A stretch of 64,000 nucleotides of DNA from Marsupella aquatica (GCA_973895155.1 OZ316893.1:21622955-21686954), one strand, 5' to 3'; counted from the stretch's first letter, positions 25,625 through 41,262 are shown. Translations and numbers: made by a program. Notes: a model not told the origin generated them from the letters alone.

Positions 25625-26866
25625 TGCAACGGAGCTTCGTATATTAATTCCGACCTTGAATAGGAAAGCCTCGGCGCCCCTAGGCCGTGGTGTGGGTCTC
25701 GATCACCCTGCATGCTCTACATTGATAAATATCAACGCATCGCAGCTGCGTAGGGTAGGTGTGCAGCAGCTCCGCTATATGAACAACAGTATTGCTATCC
25801 ACCCCGGACTCTGATCGGCAACACTTGTTGCAAGCAAATGGTCAGATCGAGCTTGAAAAGTTGAGCTTTTTGAAACGTAAAATGCCTTTAGACTACAGGT
25901 ACATCGGCAAGTTGCAATGTTGTGCTTCCCTTGGTAACCAATTTGCAGCGAAGTGGGGATTCGGATTATATAGCCAACGTATTCAGTGACAATGGTTGAC
26001 AGTGCTGATTATGAAACCTCGTGTAAATTGTTTTCTTCAACATCTGTGCAAAACGGAAAAGCAGAATCTAACAGACAGTATATATGCTTGGGCCTTGGAC
26101 CGTTCTTCCCATCGGTGTCCCTTTGATGCCCGTCGAACCTCCACCTCCACCAGGAGGTCTGCTGCTGTGAGAGAAGCAGAGCAGGAGCGCCAAGGGAAAC
26201 TCTGATGCCAAGCTAGACGCGGAAGAACAACTGATGTGTAACGTGGGCTCTCTTTTCAGTTCTACTGCGGTGCTGGACGGCTGCCAGTCTTCTCAAACCA
26301 AATATCTAAGTGGAGGTACTGTTTGTCTGTCTGTCTTTATTCAATCGCTGTAGTTTGAATGCGGGGTGGATCATGCATGCAACTTAGTTTCTAGTTTTCC
26401 TGCGATGTTTAGTACCGTATGCTTCGATCTTCTGTGCTAAACGCAGTCCTTATGCGAGCTTGCGTTTTCAATCATTTCTCGATCAGCTATGCGTTTGCTG
26501 GCAAGCGTTTAGCGTGAGCAAGGCCTTTGGTCTACACTGATTTGAGGGGCTCACGGGGTTCTGGCTTTTCTGTCGACAAATGCCAGGTTGTGGTCAATTG
26601 TTGAGGAGGCTTACCTTGCGACTAGAGTTTGACCTGTCGGTTCAATTGAACGCTTGGAAGATTAACTTGCTGTCTAATATATAGACCGCTGCAAGGCCGA
26701 GCAGGGCGCAGACATTTTTCACATTTAACTTCGGTTGGAGCGCTGATCTGAATTGCACCTGATCAAGGTTTGCACTGGTCACTCGAGCTAGTCCGTCTGT
26801 CTGAGCTAGACATCGATCCGACCACAACCTTCCAGTTGCTTTCAGCCTCATCACCGTGGCTGATCG
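25625..26866 (+). pseudogene. Decayed coding-like module upstream of copy 4
   Basis: Colinear with approx. 3585-4930; abuts the ATG at 26867. Confidence 0.55.
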
Positions 26867-28249
26867 ATGGGTGGCTCGAAGCAGAGTAAGGTTATAGTGA
26901 TTATCGCTTCCGCTATAGGGGCATCAACGAGTGTGGGATACTTTCTCTCCCGGGATATCATTTCGAAACCAACAACAGTATTCCATACGAATTGCACCCG
27001 ACCCACACCAGATTCCACCTTCAGTGCACACACAAGTTCGGGTTTCAACATCATCTCTACACCCAACACCAGAGGAACTTCAGAAATTCTATGGAGCTGC
27101 ATCTTCACACTCTTAATATGCACCTGGCAAGTTCAGCATCTGAACGTCCCTCCCCTGGATATTAGCACATTTGGTCTGTTTTTTAGAAAGCCATTTTACA
27201 TGCTTGCCACATTGGTGGCACCTGAGTTGATACTGGGGGAAGCTTTGGGAGAATGTGTCCAAGCGTGGAGGAGTGTGAGATACATGAAACGCGAGCTTCC
27301 CGAGTTAGTTGAGCATGGAGGTTGGACAATGACACACGCTTTTTATGCTGCCATGTATGGATTTATGATGAGGAAGAGGGTAGTCGATGAGGAAGACCTT
27401 GCCAGCACTCCTATTTCGATAGATAAGAGTATGTTTCAAACTTCTGTAACACGACAAAGTGATTTGGTGGTATTAAATACGGAGAGAATGGTGATGTATT
27501 ATAAATCTCTTCCCCCTCCAAGAAAACTCATCACGGAAACGGATATACGATGCAGAGCGAAAGGAGACATTTTCCTAAAATTCATTGCAGGACTCCAGAT
27601 CGTCTGGTTCGTTGTCCAGATGTGTGCTCGCAAAGCCCAGAATCTATCGATTTCACAACTTGAAATTTCGGTTGTAGCATATGCTGTATGTACCTTTATA
27701 AGCTACACATTGTGGATGAAGAAACCTCAAGATGTGAGTGTTCCAATCATTTTGGATGAGGGCCCTGAAACATTGCCCATCTCTAAGGACTGGTCTGACA
27801 CTCGGAAGGCATTGGACTGTTATGAAGTGACTGAAGATTACGAAGGATTTAACCTTCCTTTCGGAATGAAGGCTCAATTAATTGTAGTGGGCTTCAGCGT
27901 GGGAGGCGCTATTTTTGGGGCCATTCATCTCTTAGCTTGGAATGTCCACTTCATCAATGAGACTGATAGAACGTTTTGGAGGACATCTTCAGTTGTAACA
28001 ACAGCAATTCCTCCATTGTTTTTGGCTTTCTCGGGAGTTGGTACTAAATTTGCCACAAAGGTTCTGGGTAATAAATTTGCCACAAAGGTTCTGAGTAAGG
28101 TTCCAGGGGCTGCGACCTATGTAGCTATTCTAATTTACACAGTTGGTAGGGTGTATCTTTTGGTAGAAACTTACAGGTATCTATGGTTTTTACCAGCAGG
28201 GGCTTTTGCTCTTGTAACATGGTCCACTTACATTCCACATGTGATGTGA
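26867..28249 (+). CDS. Intronless multi-pass membrane protein, fungal-type uncharacterised family (copy 4, intact, 460 aa)
   Basis: Uninterrupted ORF with PNTRGTSEILWSCIFTLLICTWQVQHLNVP, WTMTHAFYAAMYGF, AKGDIFLK, ISQLEI, WMKKPQDVSVP, FGAIHLLAWNVHF, TFWR, ETYRYLWFLPAGAFALVTWSTYIPHVM. Confidence 0.9.
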   Translation: MGGSKQSKVIVIIASAIGASTSVGYFLSRDIISKPTTVFHTNCTRPTPDSTFSAHTSSGFNIISTPNTRGTSEILWSCIFTLLICTWQVQHLNVPPLDISTFGLFFRKPFYMLATLVAPELILGEALGECVQAWRSVRYMKRELPELVEHGGWTMTHAFYAAMYGFMMRKRVVDEEDLASTPISIDKSMFQTSVTRQSDLVVLNTERMVMYYKSLPPPRKLITETDIRCRAKGDIFLKFIAGLQIVWFVVQMCARKAQNLSISQLEISVVAYAVCTFISYTLWMKKPQDVSVPIILDEGPETLPISKDWSDTRKALDCYEVTEDYEGFNLPFGMKAQLIVVGFSVGGAIFGAIHLLAWNVHFINETDRTFWRTSSVVTTAIPPLFLAFSGVGTKFATKVLGNKFATKVLSKVPGAATYVAILIYTVGRVYLLVETYRYLWFLPAGAFALVTWSTYIPHVM

Positions 28250-29742
28250 AGGAGCAACATGTGGGGCGGAATAATATATTTGTAGATATAAGCTTGTGAT
28301 TACAAGAAATGATCTTCAAGCAATATTCCCTCATTACACTTATTTAGGTTTTTGGAAGTGGCACATGTGATGCCATAGAGGCACTTTCCATGGGGAATCA
28401 CACACTGTAATATGCTATCCAGCTCAAAAGTTTCCTTGGAGTTACTGTTTTAAAAACTTGCAACAGGAGGGAAAAAGGAGGGAATATCACATGGTTGGCC
28501 ATCCAGATCTATGTATTATAGGGTTTTTTTACACCCATAGATTGACTCAGAATGTGCCACAGAGATTTACTTGCTATGACAATAAATATATAAAAGGTAC
28601 TGACTACACTTGGTCGTGTGCCAGTATATGCAGTCTACACTCAGTGTCTAAGTGCAGGCTCCCGGAAAGACCCTGGGAAAGACACCCCAAACTTGCGCTT
28701 ATGCATGCTATATGCACTATATATGTCATAAGTGCATGGGCATGATTTACACACTGCTCCATATGTGCATATTGCACTTTCCAATAAGTGCATGTGAAAT
28801 CGCTTATGCACTTATTCAAGTGAGTTGTCAGGTCATAGTGCATGATACAACTGCATGATTCAACTGCATAAGTGCATGAAACTACCATGTGTAGTTGTCC
28901 ACTACACTTATCAATAAATATTTCTAGCATATGCTTTGCAGTAATAGACAGAAATGGCTTACGTAGTTGTGCTTTAGTGACGTTGATCTTCACTTACAAA
29001 TGGTGCATTTTTTGTGCATTTACAAAGAAAAAGAAAAATGTTCTAATATTAGGGGACTACACGACCACCTGTAATTACCCACGGATTGCACTTATACACA
29101 GTGCACTTATCCACCTTAGACTGTACTACTTTACATAGAATACTTTGTATGCAAAGTACATTGGTATGAGAGCTTTTTTAACTTTTTGTGGGCTGTTTGC
29201 TTTTTGAACTGAAAAATTACTTTTCTTGTGAGTTAATTTTGTTTTTGGCTCCATTTTCTTCCTCTGTTTTAAAACATTTTAAAACATGTTGGTGGGAAGA
29301 ACAGGGTGGGTAGAGGGAGCCAGTGGGGGTGGGATGCACGGGGAGCAAAAGGAGAGAAAGGGAGGGCACAGGGGGAGGGAAAAGCGAAAAAGGAGATAAT
29401 AAGAAAAAGGAAATTAAACCTCTCCCTCCATACAGTGCGGAGTGACCACACTTGGATCCCATCATTTCTTGCCTCGCTTATATTTTCTTTCCTCACCTGC
29501 ATTTCTTTACCTTGTCTATGTTTTCTTGCCTTGGCTCAACATCTTGTTGCACATGCATGCATTAGGCTATACTTTATGAATAAAGACTTTTGATTATGAG
29601 AAATATTTATTAAGTGGTGCCTTCATTATTAACTTCACTTGGGATTTGAGAAGAAAACACCTAGTGATGAATCATGCTTACTTTGTGTATCTACATCACA
29701 CATAACACATACAACTTACACGTTTGTGTATATTTACAGAAA

Positions 29743-29775
29743 CTAGCCCGATTACCCGTTCCTTGAACGTAAACA
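29743..29775 (-). mobile_element. Putative Helitron 3' terminus (hairpin + CTAG|T)
   Basis: Minus strand: ...CGTTC-AAG-GAACG GGTAATCGGG CTAG T. Lies within an approx. 320-bp stretch (approx. 29722-30040) absent from the paralogous flank of copy 3 (approx. 21120). Confidence 0.5.
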
Positions 29776-30828
29776 GATATGAAAAAAAAAAAAATCTTGC
29801 ACAACAATATTTCTATGCTATTTCCAGTAATCTTTGTCCCATCCTTGTTTTTTGTCCACCCCCATTTCAGTTTTGTCTTTATTTGGAGTTAATATAATTA
29901 TGTCCATCCTCATTTGAAGTTCTTTTTTTTTATTGGGATTCATGATCACTTTTGTCTGTACTGGGGGTTACCGTCTAGAGGCTTCACTCTAGACCCTAGG
30001 CTCTGAAGAGTAGACTTTGTTTGTGCATTTATAGTAAGATTTCCAAACACTTATGTAGATTAATCTCCTTTCCCAGTCCCTGTCCAGTAACCTTTTGAGA
30101 CTTGGCAACAATTGCCAACTCTGGCAGCTCGCCAACAAACTGTTTCTGATCCTCTAGGGAATCTCAGTAATACATGACGCCCCTGTTACATTATATTAGC
30201 CCAACTTCCGCTTGCCTTGGTTTGAAGGTAGTTAAGCCTGTGACATAGCATTAGTCCGACTTTGGCCACTTACATCTCATATGCAGCCAACCCCAAATCA
30301 TCTGAAGGTAGCGTTATAGATGTTTAACAAATTTGACTTTTGTTTGTTTTAGCTGTCAAGTAAACCAAGCCAGGATGTTTGGACTGGATGTCAGTATTTA
30401 ACTAATCAAATGTTCTTTTGATCATGGCTGGAGACAATCACTCACTGTTAATCAGATTTTTGTCCTCATCCCATGTGACTCTAAACTTCCAAAGGCATAT
30501 TACTCGACTTCACAGTTAGAAGTGTTCTAACACCTGCTTGGTTGGACTCTCTAGTAGCTTTCTGTGGTAAAATTGGAGATCATTATAAGTCTTTGAGCCA
30601 AGTTGAAAATTGAGCCCTCCTGTACAAAAAGACTTTATGAAGAAGCCTGGAAAAAATTGAATATAATGGCCAATGATCTGTAAACAAAAGAAGCAAGAAT
30701 GGAACCCTGAAAACATGCTCGTTGGAAGCAGCACTACGTCCATCTCTAGGACTCCCAGTATGCTTTTTCTTAGCTCAGACTCCAGGTCAGATCCTTATTC
30801 TTTTTCAAATTCTCTTTGAGGGAAATGT

Positions 30829-31096
30829 GGGAGGAAACTATGGAGGATCGAGACAACTAGCCACACAACGGGTCAGAGGTCTTGACCAAGAGAAACCCTT
30901 CATCTTCTTCAAAGGCAAAGGAATGAACAGAAGGCTAAAGGCTACCTCAAAGGGCCAAAACAGGGAGGAAACTATGGAGGATCGAGACAACTAGCCACAC
31001 AACGGGTCAGAGGTCTTGACCAAGAGAAACCTTCATACTCTTCAAAGGCAAAGGAATGAACAGAAGGCTAAAGGCTACCTCAAAGGGCCAAAACAG
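30829..31096. repeat. Tandem duplication, 2 x approx. 134 bp
   Basis: GGGAGGAAACTATGGAGGATCGAGACAACTAGCC...GGGCCAAAACAG repeated at 30829 and 30963. Confidence 0.9.
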
Positions 31097-31100
31097 AATC

Positions 31101-31208
31101 TGAAACTTACGGCAGCGCCGTAAACCAGAGCAGAACCCTAACCTGCTTCTTGAAGGGGATCATGGCCGTAGGGGTCCGCTCTGGTTTATGGTGCTGCTGC
31201 AAGTTTCA
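31101..31208. repeat. Hairpin with approx. 40-bp imperfect arms
   Basis: TGAAACTTACGGCAGCGCCGTAAACCAGAGCAGAACCCTA pairs with TAGGGGTCCGCTCTGGTTTATGGTGCTGCTGCAAGTTTCA. Confidence 0.8.
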
Positions 31209-32080
31209 ATTGTCCCAAGAGCAATTCATCCATTACTTTTGCTTCTCAATGCACTCCAGCTTGCTAACTACAGAAAGACCAATGACGTGTTCCTATGGCC
31301 TGCTTTCTAATCAGGAATGCCTTAGATGAGTTCAATGCTTCCTCCTCTCCCTTGCAATGTCAGAATTGCTGCTCAATGTTGAATCTCCCTCCCCAACATT
31401 TGATGTGTGTGATCTATCATGCTCCCTCCCTGAGATTTGTTGTTCTTGTTGTGCTGCTATTTGAAAACACCTTAGATCTGTTGTTTGTACTGTGCTGCTA
31501 TTTGAAAACAACCCTGCCACTTGCTATTGCTACTATTCCAAAATGAGCCTCACTTCCGGATGTTCCAAGGTCTCCGCTAAATCGCCATTATTTGCACTAA
31601 ACTGCCTTGCACTCTGTGGTGAGGTGATATTCTTATAAAAAGGTGAGCCAAGCTCTTACAAGGCCTACTGTAGATAGGAACCAGGCAACGGGGCAGTTAT
31701 AGGGGCCGTTTAAGTCCAGAAGATGGCAGAGGGGCCTTCTAGTCCAAACTTGCTTTTAGAGATGGCTCTGTTAAGTCCAGAAGATCGATAGCATAGGGGC
31801 CTGTTAAGTCCAAACTTGCTTTCAAATATCACGATTCATTAGTAAGATTGAATACTTTTGTCAACTTCCCTTATCTTTGGTCCATATGATTGGCTAGAGG
31901 GTTATCTCTGATGTTGATATGCTTGAGTGGCATTTGTTGGTGTTCTTGCTCCTTGGATTTCTTTTCTTTGTGCTCCATTGGCTTTCACTGTGGGTTGTGT
32001 GTGAATAAGTTTGGCATACTATTGCATTCTTTTTGCGAACAAAGTTTTATAAATTATAAACCACAAAGTAAACATGACTA

Positions 32081-32743
32081 CACTCTTTACAGTATTTAGT
32101 GTCACGAAACAAGTGTCACACACACTAATTACGGGTAGCCCTTGATTTTCAGCCAAGTGACACTATTTACCATCACCTTCAATTTTTAAAATTAAATAAA
32201 TATATTTAAAAATATTGATAATTAGAGATGATAATTTAATTGGTGATAATCCTAAACTGGACTCACTCCAACTATGTAGTTAGTTTGTTAGGATGTTAGT
32301 TTGTAACTTATGTGAGACAACATGTGTTATTCATAGTTGATAGAAGTGAATCAAACATTTATTGTTTGCTCAATGTGGTTGAGTACCTCAAACTGCAATT
32401 TTGTGCTATGTGAGAAATTTCTGAAGTTGGCTCAGCTCAATGTTTGAGACTTAGTATATGGAAAGAGTTATAAGTTTCTGAAGTTTGCTCAATGTTTGAG
32501 TAGTAAATTTTGTAAAGTGTAATCAAATATTGTGCACATTTAAAAAAAATTATAAGCAAATTTTGACTATTGACCATTCTATTTTTTTTAACTTAAGTGT
32601 ACATGTGACACTATTCAATTTACTTACAGTGACCACAATTAGTGTCATACCATATTAGTGTCACACACCCTAATTACTGCCACTTACCTCAAATATAACC
32701 TCACAGTAATTAGAGTGTGTGAGACTAAATAATGTAAAGAGTG
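32081..32743. mobile_element. Non-autonomous TIR element with TA flanks (Tc1/mariner- or Stowaway-like MITE)
   Basis: TA|CACTCTTTACAGTATTTAGTGTCAC ... GTGAGACTAAATAATGTAAAGAGTG|TA: 25-bp TIR with 2 mismatches, AT-rich interior, subterminal GTGTCACAC repeats. Confidence 0.75.
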
Positions 32744-33009
32744 TAGTTAGTTATTTCTTCCTAAATCCCAAGTAAGTAATGAAAGCCCCCCTCAACAATC
32801 ATTTATTGTAATCACAAGCTTTTTCTTGATAATCTAGTATTCCTGGACAAAGTTCCCCTTTATCAGAAAAAGAGCTACTGTACCTCTATCATATCACATG
32901 AGCCGTGTCCCAAATCCTAAGTGAGTAATTAAGGGATGGCTCAAGAATCATTTCTTCTCAAACACTTTTTTATCGATAAATTTATCATTCCCCAAACAAG
33001 GTTCATCTC

Positions 33010-34515
33010 TCACGTAACATATGGCATGTATGTTGACCATGTTGTAGCAAAAGCCCCTGCTGGTAAATACCCTAAAGCCCTGAAAGATTCCCCCAAAATA
33101 CCCAACCTAACAACAACGTAAACCACCAGAGATATGGATGCCATCACTGCTTCACGTATTCCCTATAAACCTCCACTGCATGCCAGTCCATGAATTCTTG
33201 CCGTTGGAGAGGTCCTTTGGAATGCGCCGAGTAAATAGAGAAAAATTGGAATCAACATTGCTGCTTCAAGTGATAGTATCCTCCCAAGTGTGTTCTCAAT
33301 GAGAGTGGGGAAGTCAAGATTCCAAGCTAAGAAATGAAGGACCCAAAAAACACAGCCTCCCACAGTGACGCCAAGTGCGGTATATGTGTCAAGCTTAAAA
33401 TGTAAAGGAAGATTACGTAGTATGTGATTTTCAATCTGACCACAAAAGGAATTAGCATGACTGTCAAACGAGTCCTCCCAAATGGGCAGTGGTTCAGGAC
33501 CCTCATCCAAAAACGTTGGAACACTCACGTTTTGAGGTTTCTCTATCCACAACATGTAGCTTATTACAATGCATACAGCAAACGTAAAAAACCACAATTT
33601 CTAGTTGTAAACCGGTAGATGCTGGACACGGCGAGCAATCACCTGGACCATGAACCATACTACTTGGACTCCTGCAATGCATTTTAGGAAAATGACCAAT
33701 TTTGCTATGCGCTTGATATCCACTTCGGTGGTGAAAACTATTGGGGAGGGAAGGGATTTCAGATAAATGACCATCCTATCTGTATTTAATACCAATAACT
33801 TACTCGATGGCATTACAGAGTCTGGAAAGACACGGGTAGTGGCAAGCTCTAGCTGGCTCAACAATAACCAGATTCGTCAAAGTAGAAGTGAAGGCAAGGT
33901 CTAGCTTGGCGACACTGGTATCTGTCAAAATAGAAGCAGTGGCAAGGTCTGGCCTCGGGGATAATGGTATCTTTTGAAATAGGAGTAGTGGCAAGAGCTA
34001 GGTCTGGCTCGACCATAATGGGATCTGTCAAAATAGAGTAGTGGCAAGGTCTGGCTAGCTCAACGACTATCCTCCTCCCCAACATAAATCCGTGCATATT
34101 AGTTTAAAAACCTTGTGTCCTAGTCCAACCTCCATGCGTAGCCAATTCCGACACCTCGCGTTGCATCTTTGTCACACTCCTCCGCGCCTGGATGAATTCT
34201 CCCAAAGCAATCCCTACTAAAAGCTCAGGTACCAACAACGTGATAAGCGTCCACAACAGTTTTCTCCAATATAGAGTAACATCTTTGCTATTCGGGAGAG
34301 GGACGTTCAGATGTTGAACCTCCCAGGTGCAGATTAAGAGCGTGACGAGACAGCCCCATAGAATCTTGAAAGTTCCTCTAGTGTTGGGTGCAATGATGAA
34401 GTTGAATCTGGAGCCTCATGGGTCGAGTGCAATTTGTGTGGAACACTATTGTTGTTGCCGCAACAGGAATGGAATACAGAAACACTAGATGCACATAGTA
34501 CTTCATGACAACCAT
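33010..34515 (-). pseudogene. Fungal-type membrane protein pseudogene (copy 5, inverted)
   Basis: Minus strand: MVVMKYYVHLVFLYSIPV..HTNCTRP, PNTRGTFKILWGCLVTLLICTWEVQHLNVP, GGWTRTQGF* (TAA at 34104-34106), WIEKPQNVSVP, HFLAWNLDFPT, LPAGAFATTWSTYMPYVT*; several frameshifts. Confidence 0.9.
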
Positions 34516-35870
34516 CTAATCTCAGCGTCAACAACGTCAAAGATTAAAGCAGCTGAAAATTTGTGACCGCAATCTCTCGCAAAGGTCTCAAAATTTTATT
34601 TCTAGAGGGAACCTGAAAAGGTTGTGGTCGGGTGTTATAGCGTAGATGGACTAGTGGCTGAGTAGGGAAACCTTCATAAGGTGCAAGTCACATCGTCGCT
34701 GCAACCAAAGTTGAATGTATATTGCCCCCTGGGCCCTCACTCTGTGTAAAAGAAGTTGACCCCCTGCGATCGGGCCCTTTCGTGTTTACCCCTTGTTATT
34801 TCTATTTTACCATTAAAAGTTCTCTTATTACCGACGGGATTACCGATAATAATTATAATTATTAGTTCAAAATGAATAAAAACTACCCTTGGAGCGTTCG
34901 CACGTCCTCCATGTATTAGTTAAGACTGAGGGCCCAGGGATATTGCCTCCATCGTGCTTGGTGCAGGAAAGACGTGCGGCGGCCTAGTAGAAAGCAAGTG
35001 ATCTTCAAAGCGTTCAAATGAACCCATCAAAACTCTAGTTGCAAGGTAAGCGCCCTCAACATTTGACCACTGCCTCGTGAGTCCCTTAGAAGTTGAGCAC
35101 GGTGTAGATCAAAGGCCTTTTTCCCAACAAACGCTTGCCTGCAAACACACAGCAGTTTGAGAGATAATTCAGAATGCAAGCTCGCATGAGGACTGTGATT
35201 AGCCCAGAGGATCTAAGTATACTTCACTAAAACATTGCACAAAATCTCAAATGTTGCATATATGATCCACCTCGGATTTGAAAGGCAGCGATTGAAAAAA
35301 ACTGACAAACAAACAGTACCTCCACGAAACAAATTGCTTGAGCAGACTGGCAGCTGCGCAATGCAACAGTAGAATTGAAAACAGAGCCGATTGTACACAT
35401 CAGGTGTTGTTCCGTGTCTTGGCATCAAGTGTTTCAAAGCGCTCGCTGCTCTTGCTCCTCTTCTCCCCGCTCTTCTCTCACAGATGCAGACCTCCTAGGT
35501 GGAGGTTCAGCCGGTATCAAAGCGAGACCGATGGGAAGGACCGCGCAAAGGGCAGGGACACATGTATACTATTGGATTTTGCCTCTTTTTCTCTGCACAG
35601 ATTGTAGATGACAACAATCTGTACGCGGTTTCATAGTGCCCGAAGTCTTGAACTCTTAATATCGCTGAATTCGCTGGCTAATCCCAATCTTCATTGCACT
35701 CCGCTTGGTGAAGGAACCGATTTTCTACGATCTGGCGTCACCAGAATCTTTGACAACTTAGAACTTGCCGATTTAAAGTGGCAATCAGCTCAACATACCT
35801 TTATATGAGCTTCATCTCTGTCTCAGTTTGACCCCGCATTCAAAAGCCAGCGAATTGAACAAAGACGCAA
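34516..35870 (-). pseudogene. Decayed coding-like module upstream of copy 5 (inverted together with it)
   Basis: Reverse complement matches the other upstream modules; ORF 35213-35437(-) LMPRHGTTPDVYNRLCFQFYCC..FRGGTVCLSVF preserves part of the probable ancestral frame. Confidence 0.55.
34727..34939. mobile_element. 213-bp MITE with 13-bp perfect TIRs and 8-bp target-site duplication
   Basis: ATATTGCC|CCCTGGGCCCTCA ... TGAGGGCCCAGGG|ATATTGCC; absent at the homologous position of the other upstream modules. Confidence 0.85.
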
Positions 35871-38056
35871 CGAGGGGTATGAGAAGAACAGGCATGAGAA
35901 CACCGGTTGTCAAATAAATTGTCTTTGGCACGCAGCACACTACATAGAAGTTTCAGACGCGTTTGGAAAAATATGTTAGACCTTTTTGTGTGAAGTTGGG
36001 AGAAAATTAAGATGAGGCCAAATGCACTTGAAAAAGTATTTTTCTGTTGAAATCTCTCGCCCGCACATGTTTTGGCTAGGTGTCAGCCAAATACTGGAAA
36101 GAGTACACTCAGAAACTTGTTGGCTGGGAACATTTATGCTATAAGATGGAGCACCGTTGCTATAAGATTGGTCCGTTCAAACGTGTTCCACTCCAATGGC
36201 CATATCTGCTATGAAACTCATGCTCAGCTTCTGACTCTTTATAATTATTCTCCCTCAAATTGACGGTGCTACTGGTTTGGTTTGTCTGTAGCATGTGAAC
36301 CAATGTTGTCATTGTCACCATGGTCATCACAAGGTGCCTGATCCTCGGCTGTCTGTTTTAATCTAGCAATCTTTCCAAACCTGCATACACAAATTATAGA
36401 TCTGCAAATGTCTTGTATGTGGACATGGCTTGGCCATTCATCAGAGCCAGAGAACCTAGGCATTGATCAAACTCTTCAAAGTTATTGAAGCACTCACCCA
36501 AATTGATTTGAGCAGCTTCTGCTACTAATGTAACAGAGGAAGACAGTCAAGTCATCACGCTAGGACATGTATTCAATAACATCAACCTTATTTTATGTGG
36601 GGAAGATTGGGCTTTAGCATAGACCCCCCAATCACATTTGGACTTAGCACATTTTATGAGAAAAAAATGTCCAAAGAGTCCCATGGCACCTTCTTCAACA
36701 GTTCTGCCATCCAATATCCTGGGGGGGTCTCAACATTCTTTTGAGCCCTTAGACATTCTTGTGTGTCGTGCGTTCTTGCCCTCTCATGATAGGGGACATT
36801 GACCTCCCAAACATGATCACCTCTGGTCCACAAATGCATTGCGCAGTGTTTTTCATGCCTGACATACTCCCTCTATTTAAGCATACTGTACACATAAGGG
36901 GAGTGGAAACACTCACAACCTTGTGGTGCGAGCGCATGCGCAGAGCATGTGCATAAAGACACCCAAAAGTTTTGTAACATGTCAGTGATTTGGCAGGTCC
37001 TCCTTTGAGTACATCCCAAAATACATTGTCAAAAATTATTTTGTTCAAGATATGTGCATATTTAGCTTTTACGCACCTATGCAATGGTTTACTCCAAACC
37101 TAAGTTGTTTAACTACAAATATAATACATTTGTTATAATTAGATGGATGTCAATGTCTGCAACACATTTTATATGTTGTGGTTGCATGAAATTGGTTCAT
37201 CCCACACTGTGGTCTTTGTATACATTATTGTCAAATGTATACATGATCTAACTGGGAGGCTATGTGTCATCTTGACTATTCAGGCTCAGCAAAGTTGTGC
37301 ACTGGCACCTTTAAGTCCACCTTTAAGTCCATCTCATGGCTGGGGAAAATTTCTCAATAAGCTTCCTGCTAGAACTTAACAAACCTTGGAAAAGAAAGGG
37401 TTGATTGTAGATTATATTGATTAGTATATTATATACTAATGTTATTATAATTATTATGTGCAATAATAGCTCCTCGTAACTTGAGCTTAAGCTCGCATTT
37501 TGGGGGGGGGGGGGGGGGGAGGGGGCACGCATTATACACCACAATGAACTGTAAACAAGACCTTATACACACAAAGCCAGGCCTAAGGGTATAGTCTTCC
37601 TGAAGGGGTCATCCAAATGTGGACCGGGCATTCTTATCCAAAAATGCACCAAAAAATGCAAAGTTAGCAATCACGGAGGGCATTAAGATTATATATTTAT
37701 TTAGCTAACTGGGATGGCGCAAAGGTAGTGTGCTATTCTAGCGAGATGCACCAAAAAAATGCAAAGTGACGGCATTAAGATTAATTATTTAATTATTGAG
37801 CTAACAGGGATGGCACAAAGGTAGTGCGGTATTCTAGTGAGATGCATGCCCACCAATTCAGAGACGCAAATAGCAACAAAGAGCAATTCTTACGAGCTGC
37901 GATTCGAAGAAGACACCCCCCACCAATCTTCTCCTTTATAGACAAAGACCCACAAAGTGAAATCACCTGAAAAATTCGTACATACAAACGGAAGTGACTT
38001 CAGAGGAGAAGAGAAGAGAAGAGAGGAGAGGAGAGGAGGAAGCTGAACTGAACAGG

Positions 38057-41262
<3,206 letters not shown>

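Noticed and set aside
36500-37100. Coding-like decayed stretch (similar ones at 14250-14790 and 46240-46580)
   Set aside because: No recognisable motifs; probably old TE fragments, needs BLASTX.
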